The notes under the pieces are model-generated. The model was not told the origin of the DNA. It did no database searches and worked only from the letters and a program-made list of their open reading frames with translations. Positions 24,851 to 32,475 of a stretch of 51,263 bases of DNA are shown piece after piece. A program made the translations under genes and the position numbers. Origin of the DNA: a virus; IMG/VR virus record IMGVR_UViG_3300045988_146822, positions 1-51,263 of that record, one strand, 5' to 3'. How positions within the stretch are numbered: the first letter of the stretch is position 1; each line of letters opens with the position of its first letter.

Positions 24851-25669
24851 ATGCAAAGAAATGCATACAAGAAGGCTATTGGAGAAAGAATACAGCAGTT
24901 GAGAAAGGGGCTTAGAAAAGAAGGCTTTAACGGTCAGCCTAAGACTGTAAATGAGTTTCTTGAGTTTTTAAACCCGAAAATTGATGATGATTATGATAAT
25001 TACGGTGACTATTCGCTTACTGACATTAAATTTAACTATAAAAAGGATTATGTCAGTAAGGTTGAACACGGAATCGTTTTTCCGTCCACTGATTTTTTAT
25101 TTCTCATTCATCTGCGTTTTAATGTTTCTTTAGATTATTTGGTTTTCGGTCATAATTTACCCGAAATTGAAGAATTAAGGAAAATTTGTAAACATTCAGG
25201 TAAAAGCAAGATTAACGATTTTTGCTTTAATTGCTTTAATTTATTAGAGGGTAATTCAAAATATATCGAAGATTTTGATGATGAAGATGAAGATTTTTTT
25301 CTTGATTATAGAGCTCGATTAGATGAGGTACGCAAGTATTTTTGTAATCATCAACAAAGGAAATTGACACAAAAACAGTTCAGCGAATTGTTAGGTGTAT
25401 CTAAAAACACAATGGACAAGTATCATTCAAAGAAAAGTGATGTTCAGAGCAAAAAGTATGCAGACATAAGAAATACTGCTCTTGAGTATCTGATTAGATT
25501 TTCGCTCACTACAAAATGTTCGTTAGATTACTTATTGTATGGTACATATCTCTTAGAGGGCTTTCCCAGTGAACTTATGGAATTGCTTCGTAATTATGAC
25601 TATGCAAAGCAAACGCAAATCTTGAAGTTGTGGCTTGAAGAAACAAAAAAATTTTTTAAAAATTCTTAA
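24851..25669 (+). CDS. Double XRE-like HTH regulator
   Basis: Two HTH-like segments, each ending in SLDYL(V/L)(F/Y)G. An acidic linker separates them. The start is uncertain (TTG at 24839 or ATG at 24851). Confidence 0.55.
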   Translation: MQRNAYKKAIGERIQQLRKGLRKEGFNGQPKTVNEFLEFLNPKIDDDYDNYGDYSLTDIKFNYKKDYVSKVEHGIVFPSTDFLFLIHLRFNVSLDYLVFGHNLPEIEELRKICKHSGKSKINDFCFNCFNLLEGNSKYIEDFDDEDEDFFLDYRARLDEVRKYFCNHQQRKLTQKQFSELLGVSKNTMDKYHSKKSDVQSKKYADIRNTALEYLIRFSLTTKCSLDYLLYGTYLLEGFPSELMELLRNYDYAKQTQILKLWLEETKKFFKNS

Positions 25670-25692
25670 AAAGGGGTATTTCCTATCCAAAG

Positions 25693-25743
25693 TATCCCAA
25701 AATTCGCAACTCCATGTGTTTTTATATAATCAAGAACTTCAAA
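25693..25743 (+). repeat. 51-bp exact repeat, copy 2 (promoter-like)
   Basis: Identical to 22941..22991. It lies 32 nt upstream of the ATG at 25776. Confidence 0.9.
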
Positions 25744-25775
25744 TGAAGTTCAAAATAAACAGAAAGGAGATAGCT

Positions 25776-26117
25776 ATGGATATTAAAAATGCAAAAATTG
25801 ATGTACTGGGTTCTGTTGGCAGTAAGTTATTGTTGATAGATGTTATACCGTCATATGCCTATGTGGATGGACGCCGAACAAGCACGGTTACAGGATATAA
25901 GTATATCGTTATTCTTGAGGAAAATAAGTTTGATAGGCTTAGCGTTCGTATTGACGGTGATAAACAGATTGACAATCCTATTGACGGCAACAGCCGTATT
26001 TATGTACGCTTTGATAATCTTGAATTATCGCTGTATTGGACAAGTGCAGGACATCAGATTGCGGCAAAGGCAAGTGCTATTCATTTAGTTAATGAGAGTC
26101 TTAAACCGCAAAAGTAA
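25776..26117 (+). CDS. Hypothetical 113-aa protein, possibly DUF961/HelP-like by size and position upstream of the relaxase gene
   Basis: AAAGGAGA RBS 5 nt before the ATG at 25776. The family assignment is a guess from context only. Confidence 0.5.
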   Translation: MDIKNAKIDVLGSVGSKLLLIDVIPSYAYVDGRRTSTVTGYKYIVILEENKFDRLSVRIDGDKQIDNPIDGNSRIYVRFDNLELSLYWTSAGHQIAAKASAIHLVNESLKPQK

Positions 26118-26122
26118 TTGCT

Positions 26123-26229
26123 TTGCCGTGGGCGGTAGCACCGTCAAGGTGCGAACCGCCTGACGGCAAGTCAATCCCCTCACTTTTAATGAAGGGGATA
26201 ATATAATTTTATCGAATATGCGTTCGATA
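26123..26229 (+). promoter_or_regulatory. Three consecutive hairpins upstream of the Rep_trans gene: candidate oriT / double-strand origin
   Basis: Outer stem TTGCCGTGGGCGGT / ACCGCCTGACGGCAA (26123..26169) encloses the inner hairpin GCACC-gtcaa-GGTGC. Then ATCCCCT...AGGGGAT (26173..26199) and TATCGAA-tatgcg-TTCGATA (26210..26229). Confidence 0.45.
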
Positions 26230-26249
26230 TTATAGGAGTGATTATATGA

Positions 26250-27545
26250 ATGGATAAAGAATTGAAAGTCGGTGTAGATGAATTTTCTTTAGTTTTCTTT
26301 TATCCGATTGACGATGTTTGTAACGATTGGCAAAGTACAGCTTATTCAATGATACAGGAATTTATCTATAAGGCAGACATAGAACTGTTGCTCGGTAAAG
26401 TTGTAGAAATGCGTGATAAAAAGCCGCAGGCATATTCACAAGCATTTACTATTGAGAACGCTCCATATTATTTCACTATAGCGTTACACGAAACTTTTGT
26501 GCATATGGGAATATTAGTTCGTTTCTCTGCTCACTCTTGGGCAGTATATCAAAAGCGGTATTTTGATTTCTACGGTGAGAATATAAATATCGGAAAATTT
26601 TTAAGCAACATTGAAAGTCCGTTATACAGATACAGACTGAGCCGTATAGATTTAACTGCTGACTACAAAAATTATGATTTATCACCGCATAGCATATACA
26701 GCAGGTTAAAGGACGAAAGTCTACAGGTGCTTGACTGTAACTACAGACACAGTAAAGGAAAGATTTCTTCTGTTGAAAAAAATTTGGTGACTGAGTCAAT
26801 CTATATCGGTTCAAGGGCTGAAAACGCACAGTCACTACTTCGGGTTTATGATAAAAAATCGGAGCAAATTAGCAACAACGGTTTTCGCCTTGATGAAGCA
26901 TTGCAGTGCGACAGTTGGGTTAGATTTGAGGCTTCATACAGAGGAAACTATGCTCATCAAATAACCGAGCAATTGGAACATATAACAGATGATGTTTCTG
27001 TATCGCAGTTCATTGCAAGCAAAATATGTGACAGATACCGTTTTTATGACCCTCTTAACAGCTGTTTTACTGATTTTACAAACGACCTGCTTAAAATAAT
27101 TGAATGCAGTAATTTTCACGCTTTGCGTTGTGAAAGTCCTGCTAACAATAGTTTGAATAAAAGCATTCAGCATATTATTTACGGTAGCGGTTTGTTCCCT
27201 TTGATATACAAAATCAGCGTTATATGGGGTGAAAAAGCTGTTGCTGAATTTTGGAGTATTCTGTATGAAATATACAAGAAATACCATAAGAAAAAACTTG
27301 AAATTAACCCTCAGATAAGGGCTTGGCTTAGAAAGAATTTTCTTAGCTTATCACAGCAAAGTTTATCAGATTGCTTTGTCAGTGTTGACCTTACAAAGAT
27401 TGATGTTGCCGAGATTGTAAATAAGATCTCCGAAAGTGACAATCCGTTTACACTAACGGCAATAAACACAAGCAGTAACACAGATAATCAGGTAGTATCT
27501 GATGAAGAATTTGAACGCACTTTTTATTCAAAGGATATGGAGTGA
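26250..27545 (+). CDS. Rep_trans-family rolling-circle replication initiator / relaxase
   Basis: LSRIDLTADYKNYD and VRFEASYRGNYAHQ resemble the conserved Rep_trans blocks of the NicK/Orf20/RepC type. 431 aa. Confidence 0.65.
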   Translation: MDKELKVGVDEFSLVFFYPIDDVCNDWQSTAYSMIQEFIYKADIELLLGKVVEMRDKKPQAYSQAFTIENAPYYFTIALHETFVHMGILVRFSAHSWAVYQKRYFDFYGENINIGKFLSNIESPLYRYRLSRIDLTADYKNYDLSPHSIYSRLKDESLQVLDCNYRHSKGKISSVEKNLVTESIYIGSRAENAQSLLRVYDKKSEQISNNGFRLDEALQCDSWVRFEASYRGNYAHQITEQLEHITDDVSVSQFIASKICDRYRFYDPLNSCFTDFTNDLLKIIECSNFHALRCESPANNSLNKSIQHIIYGSGLFPLIYKISVIWGEKAVAEFWSILYEIYKKYHKKKLEINPQIRAWLRKNFLSLSQQSLSDCFVSVDLTKIDVAEIVNKISESDNPFTLTAINTSSNTDNQVVSDEEFERTFYSKDME

Positions 27546-27696
27546 GATATTGAACCCGAAATACATAAATACCGAGAAACTTAATTTCTTATAAACACAC
27601 AAATAAAAACCGAAAAACCTAAAAACTGATTACCATAGAAATATGATTATCTTACTTCATATTTTTATATTATAATTTTCTATAAGGAGAATGATT

Positions 27697-28176
27697 ATGA
27701 GTGATAATTATATGCTTAATGAAGTAGTAAAGTATTGGAAGCTAACAAATGACCTTTTAGTAGCTTTTGAGGACTTTAACGGTCAAATACAAAAGCATAC
27801 GGTTCATTTGCCAAAAGAGGACATTGACACAATTCTTAATATCGGAATCACAACAGGTATTAAAAATTGGTGCGACAGAGTTGATATTTTAGAGGACAAA
27901 CTGCTTGGGACTTATTATAGTGAACAAGTGTCAAGAGGCGGTTCTCTGATATTTCATGACAAAATTTTTGATAGAGTCGGAGTTATGACTCTTTCGAATT
28001 TTCTCCAGTCATATGGCTGTATATACAGTGCGGCAACCTCATACGGTCTTAGTGAGCATTGTATTGACGGTTACTTTTACAATTCACCTCGCATATGTGA
28101 TTACATCATTCAGTTCGCTTTGTTTGAAGATATACCCTATTTTCACGCAGAAGAAACGGAAGGTGGTAGCATATGA
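27697..28176 (+). CDS. Hypothetical protein
   Basis: AAGGAGA RBS before the ATG at 27697. 159 aa. Confidence 0.5.
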   Translation: MSDNYMLNEVVKYWKLTNDLLVAFEDFNGQIQKHTVHLPKEDIDTILNIGITTGIKNWCDRVDILEDKLLGTYYSEQVSRGGSLIFHDKIFDRVGVMTLSNFLQSYGCIYSAATSYGLSEHCIDGYFYNSPRICDYIIQFALFEDIPYFHAEETEGGSI

Positions 28177-28601
28177 ATGATGAGAAAAAGAATATGTGTG
28201 ATGAAGATGATTCCGATGAAATTCTCGAATATACAGGCGGTAGCGAGCTTAGCGATTTAACCTTTCAGACGGGTTATGAGAACTATTCGCAATGGCGAAT
28301 AAAAGAGATTCTAAAAGAAGTTGGTTTTAGATTAGAGCCTCTATATGTAGGATACAAAGCTCTTCGATACCGTCCGTGTCAGAGGTATTGGGTAGTAAAT
28401 ATCCTCACAGGAGAAAGAGTAGGCAATTCATACAACGGTTTTAGTTTTGAGGATTTGAGATATGTACTTGCAAGATGTGGATATTCATTGCATAGTCAAC
28501 ATTATAATCCCACCAGAGATAAGGACGGCAGACGCACTTCTTGTAAGGAGTTTCTTGAGCTTGTAGAAAGCCTTCCTGATGAAAAGGAGGACTTAATATG
28601 A
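28173..28601 (+). CDS. Hypothetical acidic protein
   Basis: ATGA overlap with the upstream ORF. 142 aa. Confidence 0.5.
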   Translation: MNDEKKNMCDEDDSDEILEYTGGSELSDLTFQTGYENYSQWRIKEILKEVGFRLEPLYVGYKALRYRPCQRYWVVNILTGERVGNSYNGFSFEDLRYVLARCGYSLHSQHYNPTRDKDGRRTSCKEFLELVESLPDEKEDLI

Positions 28602-28774
28602 GTGTAGAGATTAAATTCATCGGTACTAAAGAGGTTGCCGAAGCACTCGGTTGTTCCTTGCCTACTGCACGCAATATTATGTTGAGAGCAGATTTCCCTT
28701 TAATACGGGTAGGTAAAAATCTTAAAGTTGAGCTAAATGCTTTTCTTAACTGGTCGCAGAAAAGAAGGGTATGA
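28598..28774 (+). CDS. xis: Excisionase-family HTH protein (Xis of the nested element)
   Basis: 58 aa, below the ORF-track cutoff: MSVEIKFIGTKEVAEALGCSLPTARNIMLRADFPLIRVGKNLKVELNAFLNWSQKRRV. GGAGG RBS. Directly upstream of Int2. Confidence 0.65.
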   Translation: MSVEIKFIGTKEVAEALGCSLPTARNIMLRADFPLIRVGKNLKVELNAFLNWSQKRRV

Positions 28775-28811
28775 GCATTTAAAGCATTTACATAATATTT
28801 AAGCAACCGTA

Positions 28812-28840
28812 TTGACACAAAAGATTTAAGGCTATACAAT
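28812..28840 (+). promoter_or_regulatory. Promoter upstream of Int2 (TTGACA-17-TACAAT)
   Basis: Read directly from the sequence. Confidence 0.5.
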
Positions 28841-28884
28841 ACTGATATAGTAAAAATCTTTTGTGCTTTACGGTTTGGAAAGGA

Positions 28885-30066
28885 ATGGTTTTTATTAACA
28901 CAAAAAGCACAAAACCTAAGTCTAAATGTAATAAACTTGATTACGGTGACGGTTCTGTATACTATGTTAAAAGCAGAAAATGCTTTGCAGGTCAGATAAC
29001 GCTTGAAATTAACGGTGAAAAAAAACGCAAGACGGCTTACGGTAAAACCGAACGCATTGTTAAGAATAAGTTGTTTGAATATCGTATTCAGGCAAAAGCA
29101 GGATTTTTTGACGAACCCGATAACACAACTGTCTATGAGCTTGCCGAAAAGATGATTGAAGAACAATTCTCTCTTAATGAGATTAAGCAAACTTCATATG
29201 ACCGCAAGAATGAAACCTTAAAGTCAATGAGTCCTATTTATGATTTAGCAATGCGTGAGATTACGGAAGATGTAATAAAGCATTTTTTCATTTCTAAAAT
29301 CTCTTATTCGCAGTCATACTTGGATAAAGCATATCAGCTTTTAAAGTCAGTTTTCAATGAAGCTGTAAGGAAGAAAATTGTTACAGAAAACATTATGCTG
29401 AACATCAGAAAGCCAAAGTCAAAGCAGGAGCTTGTAAAAGTAAGAGCATTGACTGTTGATGAACAGAAAAAGCTGATAGATGTTCTCAAAAGCGAGGATA
29501 TACGCTATTCGGAACAAATGCTTTTGTCAATGTTTACAGGCATGCGTATGGGCGAAAGTAACGCCTTAGAGGTAGGAGATATAAACTTTAATGACCGTAC
29601 AATTAGAGTTTGTAAAACTGTCAGCAGAGGTCTTAACGGTAAAACATATATAAGTAATTCCACAAAGACTAAAGCAGGTATGCGTACAATCTATTTTAAT
29701 GATGATATGGCTGATTTTTTAAAACAGTGTATCGGAGATAAAAAAGACGGTCTTATATTTGCTTCAAGTGTGGATAAACTTGTCACAACTAATCAGGTAA
29801 ATTATCAATACGCAAACACGCTGAAAAAGTATGATATACTTGATAAGAGTGTTTACGGAAAGGTTGATTTACATTCACTTCGTCACACATATGCAACAAG
29901 ATGTATTGAATCAGGTATGCCTGCAAAGGTACTGCAAAATCTTCTCGGTCATACTGATATAAGAATTACGCTTGATACATACTGTGATGTTTTCCAAAAA
30001 TACAGTATGGAAAATCTTGCTGTAGCTGACAGCTATATGAAGAGCAATAACATTGCAATAGTATGA
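28885..30066 (+). CDS. int: Tyrosine recombinase (Int2 of the nested element)
   Basis: HSLRHTYATRCIESG...LLGHTDIRITLDTYCDV carries the catalytic signature. The start is uncertain (28861 TTG or 28885 ATG). Confidence 0.85.
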   Translation: MVFINTKSTKPKSKCNKLDYGDGSVYYVKSRKCFAGQITLEINGEKKRKTAYGKTERIVKNKLFEYRIQAKAGFFDEPDNTTVYELAEKMIEEQFSLNEIKQTSYDRKNETLKSMSPIYDLAMREITEDVIKHFFISKISYSQSYLDKAYQLLKSVFNEAVRKKIVTENIMLNIRKPKSKQELVKVRALTVDEQKKLIDVLKSEDIRYSEQMLLSMFTGMRMGESNALEVGDINFNDRTIRVCKTVSRGLNGKTYISNSTKTKAGMRTIYFNDDMADFLKQCIGDKKDGLIFASSVDKLVTTNQVNYQYANTLKKYDILDKSVYGKVDLHSLRHTYATRCIESGMPAKVLQNLLGHTDIRITLDTYCDVFQKYSMENLAVADSYMKSNNIAIV

Positions 30067-30100
30067 CTGTCCGAAAATGCACTGTCAACTTTACTGTCAC
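30066..30100 (+). promoter_or_regulatory. ACTGTCC / ACTGTCA / ACTGTCA repeats: candidate Int2 arm-type sites (int-proximal arm)
   Basis: gactgtccgaaaatgcactgtcaactttactgtcac. Same motif as 16981..17009. Confidence 0.55.
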
Positions 30101-30147
30101 ACCATAAAAAGCCGATAAATAAGCCACTTGTCAGGGTTACCTGCACC

Positions 30148-30183
30148 AACAGCCGTTTCTTATTGTAGGGACGGCTGTTTTGT
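30148..30183 (+). terminator. Intrinsic terminator after Int2
   Basis: AACAGCCGT-ttcttattgtaggg-ACGGCTGTT followed by TTTG. Confidence 0.65.
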
Positions 30184-30257
30184 ATCGCATTGTCGGTCTG
30201 TTTTATGGTGATTTTCAAAATATTTGAATTAATTTTGAATAAAAAGCGAAAATCATG

Positions 30258-30286
30258 TTGACAAATCCGAAAATATGGTATATAAT
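30258..30286 (+). promoter_or_regulatory. Consensus promoter TTGACA-17-TATAAT driving the tRNA gene
   Basis: ttgaca aatccgaaaatatggta tataat, about 30 nt upstream of the tRNA 5' end. Confidence 0.7.
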
Positions 30287-30315
30287 AATCAAGCTGTTGT
30301 TATTAAACAACATTT

Positions 30316-30392
30316 CGAGGTGTAGCTCAGTTTGGTAGAGTGCTTGGTTTGGGACCAAGATGCCGCAGGTTCAAGTCCTGTCACCTCGACCA
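30316..30392 (+). tRNA. tRNA-Pro (anticodon UGG), complete with encoded CCA
   Basis: Manual cloverleaf: acceptor CGAGGTG/CACCTCG, D arm GCTC..GAGT, anticodon arm CTTGG-TTTGGGA-CCAAG, T arm GCAGG-TTCAAGT-CCTGT, then A73 and CCA. 77 nt. Confidence 0.9.
30345..30392 (+). repeat. att core copy 2 (3' 48 nt of the tRNA-Pro gene)
   Basis: Identical to 16793..16840. Confidence 0.95.
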
Positions 30393-30398
30393 TAGAAA

Positions 30399-30448
30399 AA
30401 ACCGCATTAGAAAGCCATTTTTAAGCTTTTTAGTGCGGTTATTTTTTT
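30399..30448 (+). terminator. Intrinsic terminator after the tRNA
   Basis: ACCGCATTAGAAAGC...GCTTTTTAGTGCGGT followed by T7. Confidence 0.6.
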
Positions 30449-30494
30449 GCCTTTTATCTGCTAAAATATGTTAAAATACAAGAAAAACGGTTAA

Positions 30495-30517
30495 AAATGT
30501 TAGGCAAATGCAAGGCA
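30495..30517 (+). promoter_or_regulatory. Candidate Int1 arm-type sites AAATGTTAGGCA + AAATGCAAGGCA (right arm of phage attP)
   Basis: The same two 12-mers as 16719..16741, in swapped order and the same orientation. Confidence 0.6.
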
Positions 30518-30608
30518 GAAAAAGTTGTGATATTCACCTCACCTTTAATTTGTAAACTGTATCCGTGAGCTCAAAAGGATTGCGACAGAAAATAATAAAT
30601 AATAACAA

Positions 30609-30644
30609 ACTCCCCTCACTCGCTTTTTACGGCGGATGAGGGGA
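30609..30644 (-). terminator. Hairpin CTCCCCTCA-18 nt-TGAGGGGAG downstream of the P-loop NTPase gene
   Basis: 9-bp perfect stem, followed by TTTGTT on the minus strand. The stem sequence resembles the hairpin at 32476..32510. Confidence 0.5.
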
Positions 30645-30769
30645 GCAAATCAAAGAAACACAGCAAGTGACAGTAAAACAATCACAATTATTAAAATTAA
30701 AATCAATCTACAAGTAAAATTTCTTTTAAAATTGTTGACAAACCTTACACTAATGGATATACTAAGTAT

Positions 30770-30885
30770 AGAGGATATCCTCTGTGAAATTAATTTTCTA
30801 AATTGATTGGGCTAGATAGTCCGTGAGTTTAATACTCTAAACTAAGGAGCAAAGCATTATCGTTTTGCTCCTTTTTTATTTTTCT
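30770..30885 (+). ncRNA. Candidate roughly 110-nt small RNA convergent with the 3' end of the P-loop NTPase gene
   Basis: Promoter TTGACA (30735..30740), 17 nt, TATACT (30758..30763). No ORF with an ATG start. Internal palindrome AGAGGATATCCTCT. Terminator GGAGCAAA-gcattatcgt-TTTGCTCC plus a T run (30846..30885) overlaps the NTPase stop codon. Confidence 0.3.
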
Positions 30886-32401
30886 TTACAATTAAAGATT
30901 TTTTCGCTCCATAATGTACAATAAATTTAGATAAAAAATTAGGTTTATTTTTACCATCAAATCTATAGCCGAAAGATACCGCACCATCAGTTATGTTGCC
31001 TAACAAACCAATTTTATATAAGTCAGTAATGACTGCCTTTAGATCAGATATTTTATCATACTGTCCTTTGTTTTTTTGGTAGAAATCGTTAATTTCATTA
31101 TACATAAACTGTGGTTTATTAAAATCGGATATCAAATCAAATATCTGTTCAATAGTAGCAGGTTCATAGTATATTTTTAATTCGTTTTTAAATTCTCCGA
31201 TAAAATACTGTGAATAACGAGCCATTGCGTCACGGTAAAATGAAGGCTGAAACGCTAATGAATCAGGATTTTGTTCCTTGATAATATTCAAAAAAGCTAT
31301 TATATCCCTAGGTCTACCTAAACTTCTACTTATAAGATAATCCATATGATATAAATTATCAATTTTATTTGAGAAGAATTTCATATAAATATCCTTATCT
31401 GAAATACTTTCATCAATTTTTGCAGAAACTCTAATTTTATTTAAAATCATTTTTGAAATATCATAATCCCACTGATTATGCCGCGTTTTTTCACACCAAT
31501 CTATGTGTATTGAAGAATCAGTAATTAACTTATTTATATTAGAAGAATGCGCATTTAGCTTATCTAATAAATCATCTCTTATAACTACAATAAGTTTTGA
31601 TTTATATTTTCTTAATTTTCCATTAAGGCTATTTGTAGAATTTAGATAATTGATTAAAAATTGTTTAAAATTTTCGCTGGACAAGTCATCTTTTTTCTGT
31701 TCGTCTAAGTCATCACTAATCAGAATAATTGATGTATATTTTAAACATTTGTAAATCATTTTTTCTAATTCAGGTACCACCTCATAGGCATTTTTCTTCT
31801 TATATTCTTTTTCATTTTCCTTTTTATTTTCAAAAATGCGTTTTCCTATAAAACCCCTGAAAGACGATTCCACATCAAAACGTTCTGCTTCAGAACTTTT
31901 AGATTTTATTGCGTCAAAAGAATAATTTCCATCTGGGTATCTTTCCTTATAGAACTTAAGAAGTTTTTTTCTTGCTAGCGTAAAAAGAATTGCTTTTAAT
32001 GGATTTTTACAAAATAAATCTTTAGCAGATATTTCAAATATCAGTCTTGCTATTTCAATAAGTATTATATATGTGTAAAAAGGTTCAGGTTCATTTCCAG
32101 AAGTTGTTTTACCTACCTCAACTAATGAATTTAAGTTAATCTGATTACATTTTATTGTTTTTGCAAATTTTCCTTCTTTTTTTGCTTGATTTTCTAAATA
32201 TTTTACCAAGTAGGTTTTCCCTGAACCTTTTTTTCCTTTTACTATAAATTTATCATCATTATTTTTCAAAAGAGAATAATCACAGTGCCTATCATAAAAA
32301 TAATTTTGAAAATTTTCGTTTGCAGATTCCTTTTCTCCATCAACATTACCTAAATCTATATCTCCTAGTTTAATATCTTTCAAACCATCAATTCCGCCCA
32401 T
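30857..32401 (-). CDS. Stand-alone P-loop NTPase (STAND/KAP-like), candidate phage-borne defence or exclusion gene
   Basis: Walker A is KGKKGSGKTYL and Walker B is SIILISDDLDE. Also carries an LGRPRDII motif. 514 aa. Strikingly AT-rich relative to the flanking phage genes. Confidence 0.65.
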   Translation of the reverse strand: MGGIDGLKDIKLGDIDLGNVDGEKESANENFQNYFYDRHCDYSLLKNNDDKFIVKGKKGSGKTYLVKYLENQAKKEGKFAKTIKCNQINLNSLVEVGKTTSGNEPEPFYTYIILIEIARLIFEISAKDLFCKNPLKAILFTLARKKLLKFYKERYPDGNYSFDAIKSKSSEAERFDVESSFRGFIGKRIFENKKENEKEYKKKNAYEVVPELEKMIYKCLKYTSIILISDDLDEQKKDDLSSENFKQFLINYLNSTNSLNGKLRKYKSKLIVVIRDDLLDKLNAHSSNINKLITDSSIHIDWCEKTRHNQWDYDISKMILNKIRVSAKIDESISDKDIYMKFFSNKIDNLYHMDYLISRSLGRPRDIIAFLNIIKEQNPDSLAFQPSFYRDAMARYSQYFIGEFKNELKIYYEPATIEQIFDLISDFNKPQFMYNEINDFYQKNKGQYDKISDLKAVITDLYKIGLLGNITDGAVSFGYRFDGKNKPNFLSKFIVHYGAKKSLIVKKNKKGAKR

Positions 32402-32475
32402 AATTATTCCTCATTTTACAAATTTTTTATTATTTACAATTATATAATATATGTGATAATAAATCAAGTGAAAAC

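Larger units (their letters stand above)
16793..30392 (+). mobile_element. Integrative mobilizable-type element (13,552-bp repeat period) inserted in the phage attP
   Basis: Bounded by 48-bp direct repeats. Encodes its own tyrosine integrase, Xis, Rep_trans-like protein and FtsK-like ATPase. No structural phage genes and no T4SS genes. Confidence 0.8.

Noticed and set aside
28441-29190. 249-aa minus-strand ORF
   Set aside because: It is antisense to the xis/int2 region and to the end of 28173..28601. It has no RBS, and its F/L/K/N-rich translation is typical of an AT-rich antisense frame.
16841-30344. Interpretation of this segment as host chromosomal flank rather than a mobile element
   Set aside because: The molecule closes on itself through phage DNA. 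The segment carries its own integrase, Xis, Rep_trans-like and FtsK-like genes and its own arm-type repeats on both sides of the core. No housekeeping genes are present apart from the tRNA.
30667-30679. An inverted copy of the TTACTGTCAC arm motif on the phage side of the att core
   Set aside because: It is a single 10-mer match in the opposite orientation, about 275 nt from the core. The chance of occurrence in about 100 kb of two-strand sequence is not negligible, so it was not used as evidence.
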